Below, piece by piece: positions 35,928-49,882 of a stretch of DNA of 64,000 bases; the first letter of the stretch is position 1, and each line of letters begins with the position of its first letter. The translations under genes were made by a program, and so were the position numbers. This DNA is from Octopus sinensis. Its lineage: Eukaryota. The stretch is taken from NCBI RefSeq assembly GCF_006345805.1, contig NC_042999.1, positions 9,424,001 to 9,488,000 of the forward strand, written 5' to 3'. Below the pieces are notes generated by a model. It made no database searches and was not told the DNA's origin. It worked only from the letters and a program-made list of their open reading frames with translations.

Positions 35928-37564
35928 GCGCACACATATTCGTACATATATTTATATGCATAAATACACGATACACGTTAGTGTGAGTGGAGGAAGAAAC
36001 GCTAGGAAGTGTAACTCACTTTATGTTGTACAAATTATTCTAAGAAATTGATGAATTAGAGACACTTAATGCAAGTTAATGTGCTTACACTCATTCTAAT
36101 TCAGAAATAGAATTAGTTCGACCTCTCGGTATAAATATACCTAGAAATTAATGAACAGTGGAATCCAATATAATTCAATGATATAGTGTATTTTAATGGA
36201 ACAAAAAGATATGATTACAGAGGATCCGAATCAAAAAACAAATCTTGACACATCTATACAAACAAATAAGAAATCCTGAGGTTAAGTCTCTGTGCTGGCA
36301 GAAGAAGAAATTCTTATCGCCGTCAGTCAAGATGCAGATAAGACAACCTTTCTTGTTATAGGTCTTTCAGTTGCAATCTTCTGTGCATAATAGTAATTTC
36401 TCCGACTGTTATATTTACAGAGTTCTCCTCAAATCCTAATTGGTAATAATGAACACACTGTAGTTTCTCAGCTGACTACATCTTCCCTCCAATGGCCATC
36501 TACATATGTGTTGTGCCTTATTACCCGGTACCAAGCATCGTTCAATCTTTTTTTTTCCGTCTGAACGTAGGAAATAAATGCCGAGAAAAGACGGAAGAAA
36601 AGCGTGGTGAGATCGTTTAACGTCGAAGTCGTTAACGAATGAAATGAAAGTCGAAAGCAAGTAGTTGACCGGAATCAGAACTGTTTTGCAGTCTCGTTTA
36701 TTAGATTGGTTCACGTCCGACGAATGAAAGACGGTTGACAAAATCTGTGCAGATGCCGATTGGATGGATTGTCTCTGTAATTGAAACGGTCTGTCATGTC
36801 AAATATTGTGTCATATTTTTCTGTAGAGGTTTAAAGGAAGGATACAATCGTCTCTGGAATACTTGGCAACTCAAACGATAATAGCATTAAGGATTTTACT
36901 CCTTTCTTATCAATGAACGCCAAAATGGGTGGAGAAAAGAACTATTTTAAAGGGAAACTTTATTTTCAGCAGTGAAAAGGGGCGATAAAATATGTGAACT
37001 TAGTCTGCATTCTGCCGTGTCGACATTTTGCTCGAAAATTTAAATATAAGGCCAGAAATATTTTAGAAGGGTTTGATACAGACCCACAACCTGACTAGTA
37101 TTATATTTTATCAACCTCGAAAGGATTAAAGGCAAAGATGACGTTGGTCGCATTTGAACGTAAAATCTAAAGAGTTTGAAGAAACACTACAAAGCTTCTG
37201 CGACTGACTTTAAAAATGAAAGAAATATTCCTTTCTAAAAATTGACCTTCTGTGAACTCCATCAAAACTAATGAATGAATATATACAAAACGACGATCCA
37301 TAAAATATTCTATAATATCTTATATTATGGAATTAATAACATAGACTATTAAGACAAGAATAAAACATGTCGATAACTAATTTTGCAGTTGTTATTACAA
37401 TTGTGTCCTGTAGTTAGAACGATACTAAGAAAAACCATTGTGTTTTTGTAAACAGTAAGTTTAGATTATATCAACCAAAATTTGTAAATTAAATTAAATT
37501 TATAAACAATAGAATAAATGTTTCGTAGTCATAACACAGATCCTTAACTGTAGTCGGGGAATTA

Positions 37565-37952
37565 GGAGGAAGCACTCCGTCGGTTACGACGACGTGGGTT
37601 CCGGTTGATCCGAATCAACGGAACAGCCTGCTCGTGAAATTAACGTGTAAGTGGCTGAGCACTCCACAGACACGTGTATCCTTAACGTAGTTCTCGGGGA
37701 TATTCAGCGTGACACAGAGAGTGACAAGGCCGGCCCTTTGAAGTGCAGGTACAACAGAAACAGGAAGTAAGAGTGAGAGAAAGTTGTGGTGAAAGAGTAC
37801 AGCAGGGATCACCACCATCCCCTGCCGGAGCTTCGTGGAACTTTTAGGTGTTTTCGCTCAATAAACACTCACAACGCCCGGTCTGGGAATCGAAACCGCG
37901 ATCCTATGACCGCGAGTCCGCTGCCCTAACCACTGGGCAATTGCGCCTCCAC
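37565..37952 (-). mobile_element. Full-length family D (OR1-like) SINE
   Basis: tRNA-like head with A and B boxes. 13-bp TSD AGTCGGGGAATTA at 37552-37564 and 37953-37965. Confidence 0.92.
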
Positions 37953-38516
37953 AGTCGGGGAATTATCATCTCACTATCTCTGGAATGAAACTGCCATTAT
38001 TTTTAAACATTCCGCAATAGGAAATTCTGCAAAATGTTTTTCATAAACCAGAAATATTTCAGCAAAATCTTTAAGTATTAATTTCGTTAAAAGTTGAGAA
38101 TTCATTAAACGCACATTGATTCCTCTATTCTAAAGTGTTCCCTCGCGTTAGATGTGCATAAATAAATGTTCCAAACAAACATTACAAATATATTAAAGAA
38201 TATAATCGCGAACTGTTAGAATTAAATACTAGAAACTATTCAGACCTCCGCATTATTACAGAAATATTCGATAGTGTCCGAAACATAAATAACATCTTCA
38301 TTTATCTAAGAATAACTAATCGTTGAGTTACGTAAATACCACCACAAATAAGACTTTGGGTTCAATATTAAAAGAGATAAATCGATTACTAGAGACTTTC
38401 TTGATTCGTTCGAAACTGATAATTAATTTCCATTTTTACTCAAAGATATTCACCCTCTGTGACCCTACGGGTACCCAGTAAAGAGTCAGTTTCATCTTAT
38501 ATCTATTGTTTAGCAC

Positions 38517-38593
<77 letters not shown>

Positions 38594-38722
38594 GATAGAT
38601 ACATAGATAGATACATAGATACATACATACATACATACATACATAGATACATACATAGATACATACATAGATACATACATAGATACATACATACATACAT
38701 ACATACATACATACATACATAA

Positions 38723-40240
38723 ATTTCTTTATTGGCCACGCAGGGTTGAACACAGAAGGGACAAAATACAAAGTAGAGCTTTTCTTTTGGGAAGAAGAGG
38801 GGAAGAAAAAAAGGTCGAAATCCGATCAACAGGGATCGTGAAAATAAAAGAAAAAAAGGTGGGGCCGATCAATAGGGATCGCGTATCACAGAAATGTCAA
38901 TGTAAAAAGGGAAAACAGATTAGGTTTGTCCGTGGATAGAAAAGCCTACGGAAAAGACGACGGAAACCTTGGGCAATAGAGTCATTCAAAAGGAAAACAC
39001 ATTACAGTAAGTGGGTTTCTTTTTTCCTTTCGTTTTTTTTTTCTTTTGGTTCATAGGATTATGGTCAAGGTGGCTCCGTCATTCTCACGTGGTATCCTTG
39101 CTACATTCACCCATCATTTTTTGAAACATTCACTTGAGGAAAATGTTTGTCTCTAGACCTTTCGGACACGTCCACCAGATACATTCTTTCGCCATAGCCA
39201 CAAGTACGATGAAAATGGCTCTTCCTTCCCGTTTGAAGGAAGGAGGCGTGACGATATTAACAACAGACTCGGCTGATAAACCAACTCATCACACACGTGA
39301 TAGCAGTCATTCGACATAGGCCCACAGGTCCGAAATGGTTGGACATTGTACGAGTGCATGCAGGACGGTTTTGTCGCTCGAGAAACAGGTGTTTCTCGAG
39401 CCATGCCTGTAGAGCTTATTCCGAACGGGTAGCGCTTCTTGATAGAACTGCCAGACCAGGGATCTCTGGCAATTGTCCAAGGTCCCAGCCCGAAAGTCGT
39501 CTTGAACAGGCGGGTCAGATATTCCTTGTCGACGCCCATGTTCGCCCCGAGATCGTAGACTGCTTTGGTTGTATTGAAGTCGCTCAAGGTCGACCCGGGA
39601 TGGCATAGTTACTTGAGAGCAACGCGACACTCGCAGTGCCATTCGCCCTTCCTCGGCCTCTTTTTGATCCACGACTGCAGTTCGGTCATGGAAACGAGTT
39701 GCGGGAGAGCGTGCCTCACAAACGGCGACCATACCTGTTCACCGTCGTCTACATAGAGCCGGAGATGTCGCACCTCAGCGCGTGTCTGCGCATCATCAAC
39801 CACGACATGCCCAGCCCTCCTTTTAACGGGTGTTGTCAGCAAACGGATCACCTGACCATCGGGACGCATCCTTTCCACAAGAAGCGGAAGGGAATGCGTT
39901 CTAGTTTGGTGATGGTAGGGTCGGGACAAGGCACGACGGTCAGGCGGTAGTAGATGACGGACGCGATGTACGTGTTCACCATCTCCGCCCGACCTTTTAG
40001 AGAGAGCTTCCTCTAGGTCCAATGCCGGGCGAGAGTGACCACACTACTCGTTATCTCGTCCCAGTTCTTCTCCATTTAGAGGTCTGGACCAAACCAGACC
40101 CCGTGCAGCTCGACCGGACCGTTGGTCCAGCGTCCGACGACGGAGGCGCTGTTGGACGGCATGGGCTTGCTTCTCCAGGTGCCGAGCCGCACGCCCACTG
40201 ACGTTTCTCGGTTGATTTTCGCTCCTGTTACCGCTTCGTA
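38723..40240 (-). mobile_element. 5'-truncated Tx1/L1-clade LINE (end of RT, thumb, C-terminal Cys/His region, 3' UTR)
   Basis: YEAVTGAKINRETS...GVWFGPDL*MEKNW...RKLSLKGRAEMVNTYIASVIYY...HPLKGGLGM and later LDNCQRSLVWQF..EALPVRNKLYRHG...TVLHALVQCP...LW. AATAAA near the 3' end. Several stops. Confidence 0.9.
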
Positions 40241-40584
40241 GGATGGATAGATAGACAGACTGACTTAAACGCTGGTGTTATTCAAATCTTTATATTTCCG
40301 ACATATGTTTCGAAGAAAACATTGGTATTATAGGCTGTTACATCTTTGGTGCTTCTGCGTACTTTTGCTACCCTGGTAACTATTTATTTTTTCCGTGTTA
40401 TTTGTAAACATTGAAAAAATGCACATACATTTATATTATATATATATATATCGAGAGAGAGAGAGGGGGAGAGAGAGAGGGGAGAGAAAGAAAGAGAGAA
40501 ATTAGAACTTGGGCAGGTAGAGGAATAAATGTAAGGACAAGGAAGTTAGTCAAGTCGATATACAAAAAATACATTTAATACAAT

Positions 40585-40854
40585 GAATGTAGATATGTAT
40601 ACATATAAAAGAAGTCCGACTTGCACAGAATGGAAATGGTATCAGGACTTAAGGGGTTGGGTAGAAGCTTTACGAGTCCAACAGCTGTTTCTGGTGCTTG
40701 GTAGTCCAAAACAATGTTTGTAACTTGATTTTATCATCGGATACCAGAGACAGCTGTTGGACTCGCAAAACTCCTACCCAACCCCCTTAATTCCTGATAT
40801 CATTTCCATTCTGTGTAAGTTGGACTTCTTTTACATGTATACATATCTACATTC
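40585..40854. repeat. Fold-back with ~110-bp arms carrying GAAACAGCTGTTGGACT (hammerhead-like 3' half)
   Basis: 40585-40695 is the near reverse complement of 40743-40854. Confidence 0.88.
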
Positions 40855-40956
40855 TTTCTATTAAACGTATTTAACACTTTTTTATATATATCGACTTGAC
40901 TAACTTGCTTGTCCTTTCATTTACCCGTGTGTGTATATATATACATATATATACAC

Positions 40957-41014
<58 letters not shown>

Positions 41015-41016
41015 TT

Positions 41017-41057
<41 letters not shown>

Positions 41058-41202
41058 CATATACATTTTTGACAGCCTTCAGGCAGCTTTTGACGTCTTC
41101 TATTCAATGATTTTATTGTAACACAATATTTACACGCATCTTCAGAGCGTCAGCTAATTCGATTTCTGCCGGCGAAAGACAAAATTCTACACATATACAC
41201 GC

Positions 41203-41247
<45 letters not shown>

Positions 41248-41313
41248 ACAAAATAATATATATATTATTTTGTTATATGATCGAACGCCACGCATCCACT
41301 TCCAAGTAAGTTT

Positions 41314-41370
<57 letters not shown>

Positions 41371-42664
41371 AGTATATGTATGTATATAAGGATTACTCAG
41401 TACATTTTAAGAGTACATATTTATTACATTTTTACCAGGAGAATTGTCACAGTGACTGAAGTTTCGATCTACTAGGCTTCATCTAACTGTGGTACACCCG
41501 GGTTCGTTTTATCCATATATAGTGACTTGTGTGATTTTTCTCGGGTAGATGGAGCTATTTCGCATGATAATTAGGTTGTCGTGTAAGTTCTGAAGGAAAG
41601 ATATTGCGAGGGGTTTCTTTATTAATAAAGTTGGATTTGTTTTATGCTTCAGAGTTCGGTCATGCGTGTACAACCTTTTAATCAAGTGTGTCTATGTAGG
41701 TGTGTCAGTTTCCGATATTGAGCTTATTTTTCAGGGTTTGCTAAAGAATGTGAAGGTGAAAAAATTAGTTGGCCAGCAGATGTGTAACTGGCTTTAATTA
41801 TTAATGACGTTTGAACACTGGGAGATTTAAGCTGTTTGTTTTGGGAAGATGAGGGATTATTGTATAGAGTTCAGACAAGGTTTTGGTAGGCCCAGAACTA
41901 TCGTAGAAGATTCTTGGCCAAGGTGCCGAGCATTGAGATTGAACGCGAAACTATGTGGCAGTAAAACGGGTTTCTTAACCACACAGTCATGGTCACGTCT
42001 ATAGGATCCCGTATTATATAATCAGTCGCTAGAGTGCGTTAAAAATAACGATTGAACGCATGTTCGTATCAGATACACATGAGTCAAACTAGTTTGACTA
42101 AGTGTTAATATGTATACACTAAACGTATCTATCAACGAACAATCTTTCTTCTTCTGTCCGAAAACAAAGAGTAAAAAAATACTGAACTGTAACTATTGTT
42201 TACTTTTCAAAGTTAGTCGAGCTTTCGTTTCGGAATATATTTCCTCTCAGAAATGGTCTCCTTCTGAAATCAAGAACTGAAATTGAAGTATCATCGTGAA
42301 GGATAATTAATCCCTTATCTAAAACTGTACTTTGTTGTTTTTCATTTGAAAACATTAAAAAGAAATACATCTTAAAAAAGATACCATTCATGTGATTCTA
42401 AATACCACTGCATTTCTTTCATCTTTTCTCATATTTCTGCCACAGCCTTCTCTCATCCGAACTTACATGTTGCATCACTCATCAAAAACACTCAGGCAGT
42501 TGTTAGGGCAATTTTCACATCAAAACTCTGTAAACGTTTGTCTGGAATCCGAGCGAACTTCTACAGGTAATAAAAATGACGTCTATTTCAATCATTTTAA
42601 AATCTTTTCATTCTTATCACAAGATCTAAAATTGAAATCTTGCGATAAGGAGACACACGCTTGA

Positions 42665-42667
<3 letters not shown>

Positions 42668-42735
<68 letters not shown>

Positions 42736-42737
42736 CT

Positions 42738-42781
<44 letters not shown>

Positions 42782-42785
42782 CTAT

Positions 42786-42816
<31 letters not shown>

Positions 42817-42913
42817 CAGAGCTATAGATAGAGAGAGAGAGATAGAGAGAGAGAACTATAGATAGATAGATAGAGAGAGAGAGCTATAGATAGATAGATA
42901 GAGAGAGAGAGCT

Positions 42914-42993
<80 letters not shown>

Positions 42994-43042
42994 ACAGACA
43001 GACAGACAGACAGGTAGATAGATAGAGAGAGAGAGAGAGAGA
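42668..43042. repeat. Compound microsatellite (AT)/(GA)/(GATA)/(GACA) with a higher-order GAGAGCTATAGATAGATA unit
   Basis: The interrupting motif GCTATAGATAG (one variant ACTATAG) recurs about six times. Confidence 0.9.
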
Positions 43043-45179
43043 AATCTGTGGTTTTCTTACGTACGTGCCTCTACTGCATATTAAATATCTCCAACTCTAG
43101 TTTCAGAGGTGCACTGATAAATTGCAACCTGGAGACTTATTCTAATAGGGAGACAATAGGAACATTTTATTGTAACTCTGAAACAATCATGTTTCGTTGA
43201 ATTTTATATATACAGATTTAAATGCCTTTCGAAATAAGAACACACTTCATAATAGTGGCTCCGAAGAACCTGTTTGATGTTGCACGAGCACACAGCTCTC
43301 GGTGTATTGATTCTCATGGCAGAAACAGTTGTAAGTTAATGTAGACGATTACGTAATTTCTATTCTCTTGTCATTAATTAGCAGATATATGCGTGTATGC
43401 ACGTATGCAATGTATGCTTGCTTTAATTAACGGTGCATATGCTTGGACACTTTTGTTATTCACTGACTCACCTTCACTCAGTCATTTCCTACACACTTGG
43501 CCCTCCTTCGCCTCTTATAACCATTCTTATCATAGATCCCACATCAATCACTACAGTTCCTAGTTCTTTCTTTACGTGTAATAAAAGCATCTGATGCAGA
43601 GGTATGCGAGGAAGAGAGGGGTTCAAATAGTAGATTTCATAGAAAACGAGAGGAGATTTCTTGGGTTCAGTGTTGGCCTTTCCCGGAGAATTGACAAATA
43701 TGTTCCGATCTCACTAATTGCATGATAGCAACAAAATAAAAATACTACGGAACTATAGAACACAAGAACGAAACAAAGAAGTAAAGCTTTCAAAGAGAAA
43801 GAGAAGTAATATTACAACAAAAAAACTTATGGAAACCATTATACCACCCACTCATTCAAGAGAACACACAGCCACAACAGATGTATAAACATATAGCTGG
43901 AGCACCACACCTATCAACAAACAGAATAAAAACATATTCGAGTTTGCATTGAGTAAAGAAAATAGGTGAACAAAATCAATGAACAAGGATCAATGTCAAT
44001 ATCTACATAAACTACAAAACGAATAAACTGTTCTGTAAAAGAATAAATAAATACAAAGTTCCCTGCGAAAACATCAGAGCACAGCAACGAGTTTCAGCAA
44101 ATATCGACAGATTGAATAACTCGATTTATTCCGTCGCTGTATTTAGTATCCAAGGAAATCGGGTTTGATCCAAATAGAGTTTGATCCTCAAACAAACAGC
44201 CCCCAAACTCGTCAAATGGAAAGAAAGTGTTATACAGAATACTGAGGAAAAGAGAAGACATCGGCAGAAATAACAAAAATGTACAGCATCGATAAGAAAC
44301 ACTGTCTGGAAACCAAAGAAAATCTTAAAGAAATCCTAACTGCAAAACATGGAATACGAAAAATAAAAATCTCGATCTCTCCTGCTGTGATAATGAAGTG
44401 CTTCTATCAGATACATCGACAATAGAAACACAAGAATGGAGGTCAGTGAAACAACCAATGAAAATTAAGACATGCTAAGAATGGAAATAGACTTCAAGCA
44501 ATCACCATGCTACAAAAATATAATGGTCCAAAAAGGAAGAGAAAAACTGCATGGATAGCGAACCATAGATGACAAGGAACTTCTCAATACACTGACCACT
44601 GCAACCAACTAGAACACCGAAGAGTTTAATTTCTATAAAGCCGAGGTTTGATAAAGATCTAAATTTGTGTCTTCGGCACGTGATCACAACCCGTTATGTC
44701 GTAGCAGCTACATAATAAATTAATCAGAACGATCCATAATAAATTAATCAGAACTGACAGCTGAAGTGGAAAAATAAAAAAAAAATACACGACACCTAAT
44801 CAAATTATAGTCTTCTCACATATTTACCCACAACATACACAACTCTTACATTAATTGTCTACAACAGACTGGTTACTCACCTAGAGAGAAATATTATAGA
44901 TTACGAGAAGAGAAGAGATTCTGCTGGGAAAACATGCATGGTTATAAACAGAAGCCATTTGTGGATCTTGTTTTTAGAGAAGACCATGAAAATAAAATGA
45001 ATTTTAGCAGAGCCTGGGTTGACAGCAGAAAAGTATTTTATTTTGAGAGAATTTCACGCATATGGATGGTGAAAATACTCTAGATTCCCTATTAACGAGA
45101 CACGTCAGCCATGACATATCAAAATGGAAGACAACAATAGCACTACAAAGTATCAAAAAGTACTTGATATCATCCCTAT

Positions 45180-45740
45180 CTTTTAAGTGCCATGTCCAAA
45201 ATATAGAATACAAGCGATCATGTCCTGTCACAATTCTCTGGTCTTTTATTTTTCTGTAACAGTTCCACTTCCTGATGTTTTGATGCCTCTTTCTTCCAAC
45301 CAATTCATCAATCTTGACATCCATATCATTCTTCTCCTTCCTCAGCTTCTTGTCCATTCAATATTTCCAATCATCACTAAATTCTCCAAGCCCGCTTCCA
45401 TTAATTAAGAAATTTTAGTTACTTGACCCTTAACTCACGAAGCAGTTTCTTATTTACCGAAATCTAGGTCATCACTACTTCATTAGACACTTTGTCCATG
45501 CTCTCCTCAATATTCTCCTTAAGAACCTCATTTCACAGTTCTCGAAGTGCTTTCATTTGTAATGTTATAGACCATACTTCACTTCCATACATTAACATTC
45601 CATTAGAAAAAGAATGTTCCATAGATTCTAAATATTCAACAACTATTTTACCTAACTCTCAAGCCATTAAAATCTCTGTTGAATGAAACTGCCACAAGTT
45701 ATAGATGCTATGGACAAATTGTCAACCATTTCCTCTTTAT
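45180..45740 (-). mobile_element. Old RTE-clade LINE fragment (RT C-terminal region)
   Basis: Frameshifted motifs EMVDKF, LMYGSEVWSI, MRFLRRIL, DKVSNEVV and GLENLVMIGNIE. Confidence 0.7.
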
Positions 45741-45948
45741 ATTTACAAGGGGAAATTATTTTTAATTGTTCATAAATTCAGCAAGGAATACTTGATTAGA
45801 TTTAAGAGGCAAATTAACTAAAACTGGAAACATTGAAATATGAAAAGATATCGAAATCATACAAATACTCAGAACTGGACGAAGCTGATTATATGAACTC
45901 AAAGGAAAAATCAGCGTTCAAACTTCTAATGTTTGAATGACGTACGTA

Positions 45949-46794
45949 CGGTGTACGTTCAAAAATTATCCGAACTTTGGGCATAAAAAGAAATAATTCT
46001 AGTTAATCACCTTCAAAATATTTTCCTTGGGTGTTCCCACATTTCTTCCAGCGGTTCAACGACAGCTGGTAACAACTCTGGGACTCCTTCTCTGGAATGT
46101 TATGGAGCTCCGTCGTTGCTTTTCTCATAATTTCCTCGTGCCACTCAAATTGCTTCACCTTCAATGTGGTTTTCAGTTTAAGGAAGAGCCAGAAATCGCA
46201 CGGTGCCCATTTGGGAGAGTGGGAAAACCTGTCGAACAAGTGGTGTGTTGTTCTTGACCGGGAACACTTGGATTATGTGGTGCGTTGAAAAAAATCACGG
46301 CTTTATTTTTCCGCCGACAATCCCCGCAGCACAGATATACCGTTAAAATGGAATGTGATTATTCCCACTTTGGGACTAATTTCGTGAATTGTTACACGAC
46401 TATTCACCGAACCTTCTTAATTAGTTCCTCGCTTCGGCTTGTGGATGGCCTGGCCTGAGCATGCATCGCCCTCCAATGAGGTGCGGCCATGTTTGAAGTG
46501 GTTGTACCACTCCTTGATTTGAGGTGGCCACGGCATGAATGCCAAAGGCAGTGGATGCTTTGAGCTTGAATATCACCAAGCATTTGGCAAAACTTGATGC
46601 AATATCTCTGTTCCATGCGTTCGCTCATCTTTGGTGAAAATCCGATGAATGTGCAATACACGTCTGTACTCTGGGCTTAACAGCCGATAAGTGGCGCACT
46701 CTGCCGGCGTGAAGACTTCCTTGCATGCGCAGGAAGAGTGTTGTATTAGTTTTGGCGGAAAGAATAAAGTCCGGTACTTTTTGAACGTACCTCG
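45949..46794 (-). mobile_element. Internally deleted mariner transposon
   Basis: ~30-bp TIRs (CG..GTACGTTCAAAAA.TA.CC.GACTTT) with TA on both sides. N-terminus MEQRYCIKFC and C-terminus APCDFWLFLKLK...RWKKC..QGKYFEGD. Confidence 0.9.
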
Positions 46795-47528
46795 TAACAT
46801 TGGATGCTTAAATACCTCGGCTACCATCATTATTTCAACTGTTTGTTTCGTTTTTACTGCTGTTATAACTGGTGTCGTCCAAGATATTCCTTAAATTATT
46901 CGAAATAATGTATTTTTCCTTTTAATGCTCATTTTATATTATTTAAATCATTTTAATTATAGTTTTGCTGCAAGTGTTAGTTCTGTGATGCAATACTCTT
47001 TATGCATTGCTGCAAGATTTTAGCTTGTTTCTTTTTGTTTTCTTGTTTGAGCGGCGTATCATGTTTGCCTGTTGGATATTTTGATGTGAACTGTTAACAA
47101 GTGACAATAATATTTTAAATTTGTAAAGACAAACTTTATTGCCTACACTCGATTCTTGGGAGCAGATATTAAGGCCTAGCTAAAATCGTTATTTTCCAAA
47201 GAAAAAACACAAGAATATTTTTAGAAGTGCTTGAAATAAGTCTTGGTCTGAGTGAAGAAAATTAAACATCCACAGGGCGACGGGCAATTCTGCCGCTGCT
47301 GCTGCTACTACTACTACTACTACTATGACGACGACGACGACACTTAATGCTAATGATAATTTATTGCAGCGTTGGCCTTTTAATGAACATCATAACAAAG
47401 GTGTACAGAGAAATTACAAAAGCGTGCTGAAATGGACAAAGCAAATTCATATCAAAGCGACGGGGTAGGATCACACAGGTTATACAACACACACACACAC
47501 ACACATTATATATATATATAATATATAT

Positions 47529-47571
<43 letters not shown>

Positions 47572-48045
47572 TATATATAATGTGTGTGGTCTTGTAGTTC
47601 GTTTGGAACGATAAAGCTCCTAAATTAATCTTTACTTTCAAGCAATCTCAAGCTCGCCTTCAAGATGTGGAATTGAGATGACCTTACACTGCCTCTTTTA
47701 TAATGGGCTGCTTACGTTTATTAAGACTCACCTGCCAGAGTTTGACCGTTGTTGTACATGAGTTCTTTGTCATCGGAATTGCAGCAATGACGTATACAAG
47801 TTGTGTATTAGTTTTAGCCTCGAGTTGCTTACTTGATATAGCAACACACAGCTACAGTTCACATACGTCATATACACGTCACAGCTTCGAGACGATGACG
47901 CGGAACATTAACTCTCTGCCATCAAATTGCCATCATAGCGCAGGACCTGAAGACCATTCTACATGTGGAAGATATCTCTGGAACAGCTTGGAAACATTGA
48001 TAAAGATGAATTTGAAAACTTTATTCTTCCAAAAGAAATATAACC

Positions 48046-48455
48046 CCGCAAGAGTGGCTGTGTGATAAGTAGCTTGCATACCTACCACATGGTTCCAGGT
48101 TCAGTCCCGCTGCGTGACACCTTGGGCAAGTGTCTTCTACTATAGCCTCGGGCCGACCAAAGCCTTGTGAGTGGATTTGGTAGACGGAAACTGAAAGAAG
48201 CCCGTCGTATATATGTATATATATATGTATGTGCGTGTATGTTTGTGTGTCTGTGTTTGTCCCCCTAGCATTGCTTGACAACCGATGCTGGTGTGTTTAC
48301 GTCCCCGTTACTTAGCGGTTCGGCAAAAGAGACCGATAGAATAAGTACTAGGCTTACGAAGAATAAGTCTCGGGGTCGAGTTGCTCGATTAAAGGAGGTG
48401 CACCAGCATGGCCGCAGTCAAAATGACTGAAACAAGTAAAAAGAGAGAAAAGAGA
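48046..48455 (+). mobile_element. Near-complete family B SINE
   Basis: Best-preserved copy, with head, CORE block, internal microsatellite and the tail GGTGCACCAGCATGGCCGCAGTC...AAGTAAAAAGAG. Confidence 0.92.
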
Positions 48456-49882
48456 TAACCGTCTGATGCGCTGACATGAAAAACCATAGAGTTTAACCCA
48501 TCAGCTACTCATCGTACTTGGATCATTGTTACACCCAAGGGCATTTTTTGCATCCTTCAGGACAAAAATATATCCAGTGTCTTTTGTTTTTGTGCAAGGC
48601 CATTGTTCTGATATTCAATATCTTCGTAAAAGTTGCGCTTCGTGTAATACATCATCGTTATTTGTTACATTCTAGAGCATCAAGTTTTTGATTTTAGGCC
48701 TGCATTGCTTCATGACACACTTATAATCCTCATGTCACCCCGTGTAGGGGGAGTCTTGTCTCCATTTATCAAGATGTCCATCTTGACCACTTCCGCATAC
48801 ATAGTTTTAGTTCCTCCTGCAGCCATCGCCTAGCAAGGTTTTCTTACAAAGGTGACCACACGGTAAGAATCCATATCACTGCAAATAGCTCTGACAATGA
48901 GCTTTGTTCTTTTTTGGTCCATCGATTTCGATGGATCAATTCGCCCCGGGGGCTCAATTTATTCTGCCTTTTGATAAACTGACACTGCGCTAAATTGTGC
49001 TACGAAAGATGGAAATCAGGTCATCCTAGGCATTAGTAGGGCCTCCTTTAATTTTTAAGCCACACTGAATATTTCTCCACTTTTTCCACCGCATTTTCTT
49101 AGCTGCCATGCCTCCTTCTCAGATTGGATCTGCTCCAAGAGCAAAACCCGCCTGTAACAAGCAACATCAATAAAACAACTGCTACTGTTATTAAAACTAT
49201 TTTGCATATTTTTGCTTGGAAAAATATATTTGAGAGTTTGTTATTGTTGCTGCTGTTGTTGATATCAAATGTAACAAGAATTTTTCACAGTGATTCTATG
49301 GCAATGTTGCATAGAAAAAAGTGTTATGGATTTTTTTCCTTCGAAAGCGCGTGTCTTGCAGCAATATTGTTTTGTTTATTTTTGCAGCTTTTTTCTCAGA
49401 AACTGAGTTCATTCACATATTTTTAGACGGTTTTGTCTCTAAGTCTCGAAGCCATTTTTAGTGAAGGCAAAACAGAAAACAATACTTCATATCAAAAATA
49501 TTACTAACACACAAGGAAAAACACACACACACGTGTGTGTGTGTGTGTGTGGTCGGGGCGCTCTTGAGTGCTACTGATAACATGAAACTGAGTAACACTT
49601 GCTGGATCAGCACGTCGGCGGCCACTAAACCACCAACACCACCAGGCCTTCCTGGTGAGTAGGGTGGGTTGTGAAATTCCTGCGGGATAAAAATAAAACA
49701 TAATCCACCAAAGATCGGAAGAGCTCCTATGAGTCAACGACCGTGAAATTACATAAGAAGCTTAAAATGCGATTGAAAGAAATGAAAGTGAAACTATACA
49801 CGATGAAAGAAAACAGAAACTAACACATTATCTACTGCGATAATATTATAAACAGGCAGCCAGATACCTCCATAGAGCATAT

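Noticed and set aside
48480-49120. Possible retroelement ORF1 or gag remnant
   Set aside because: It has many stops and no motif I could confirm in any frame.
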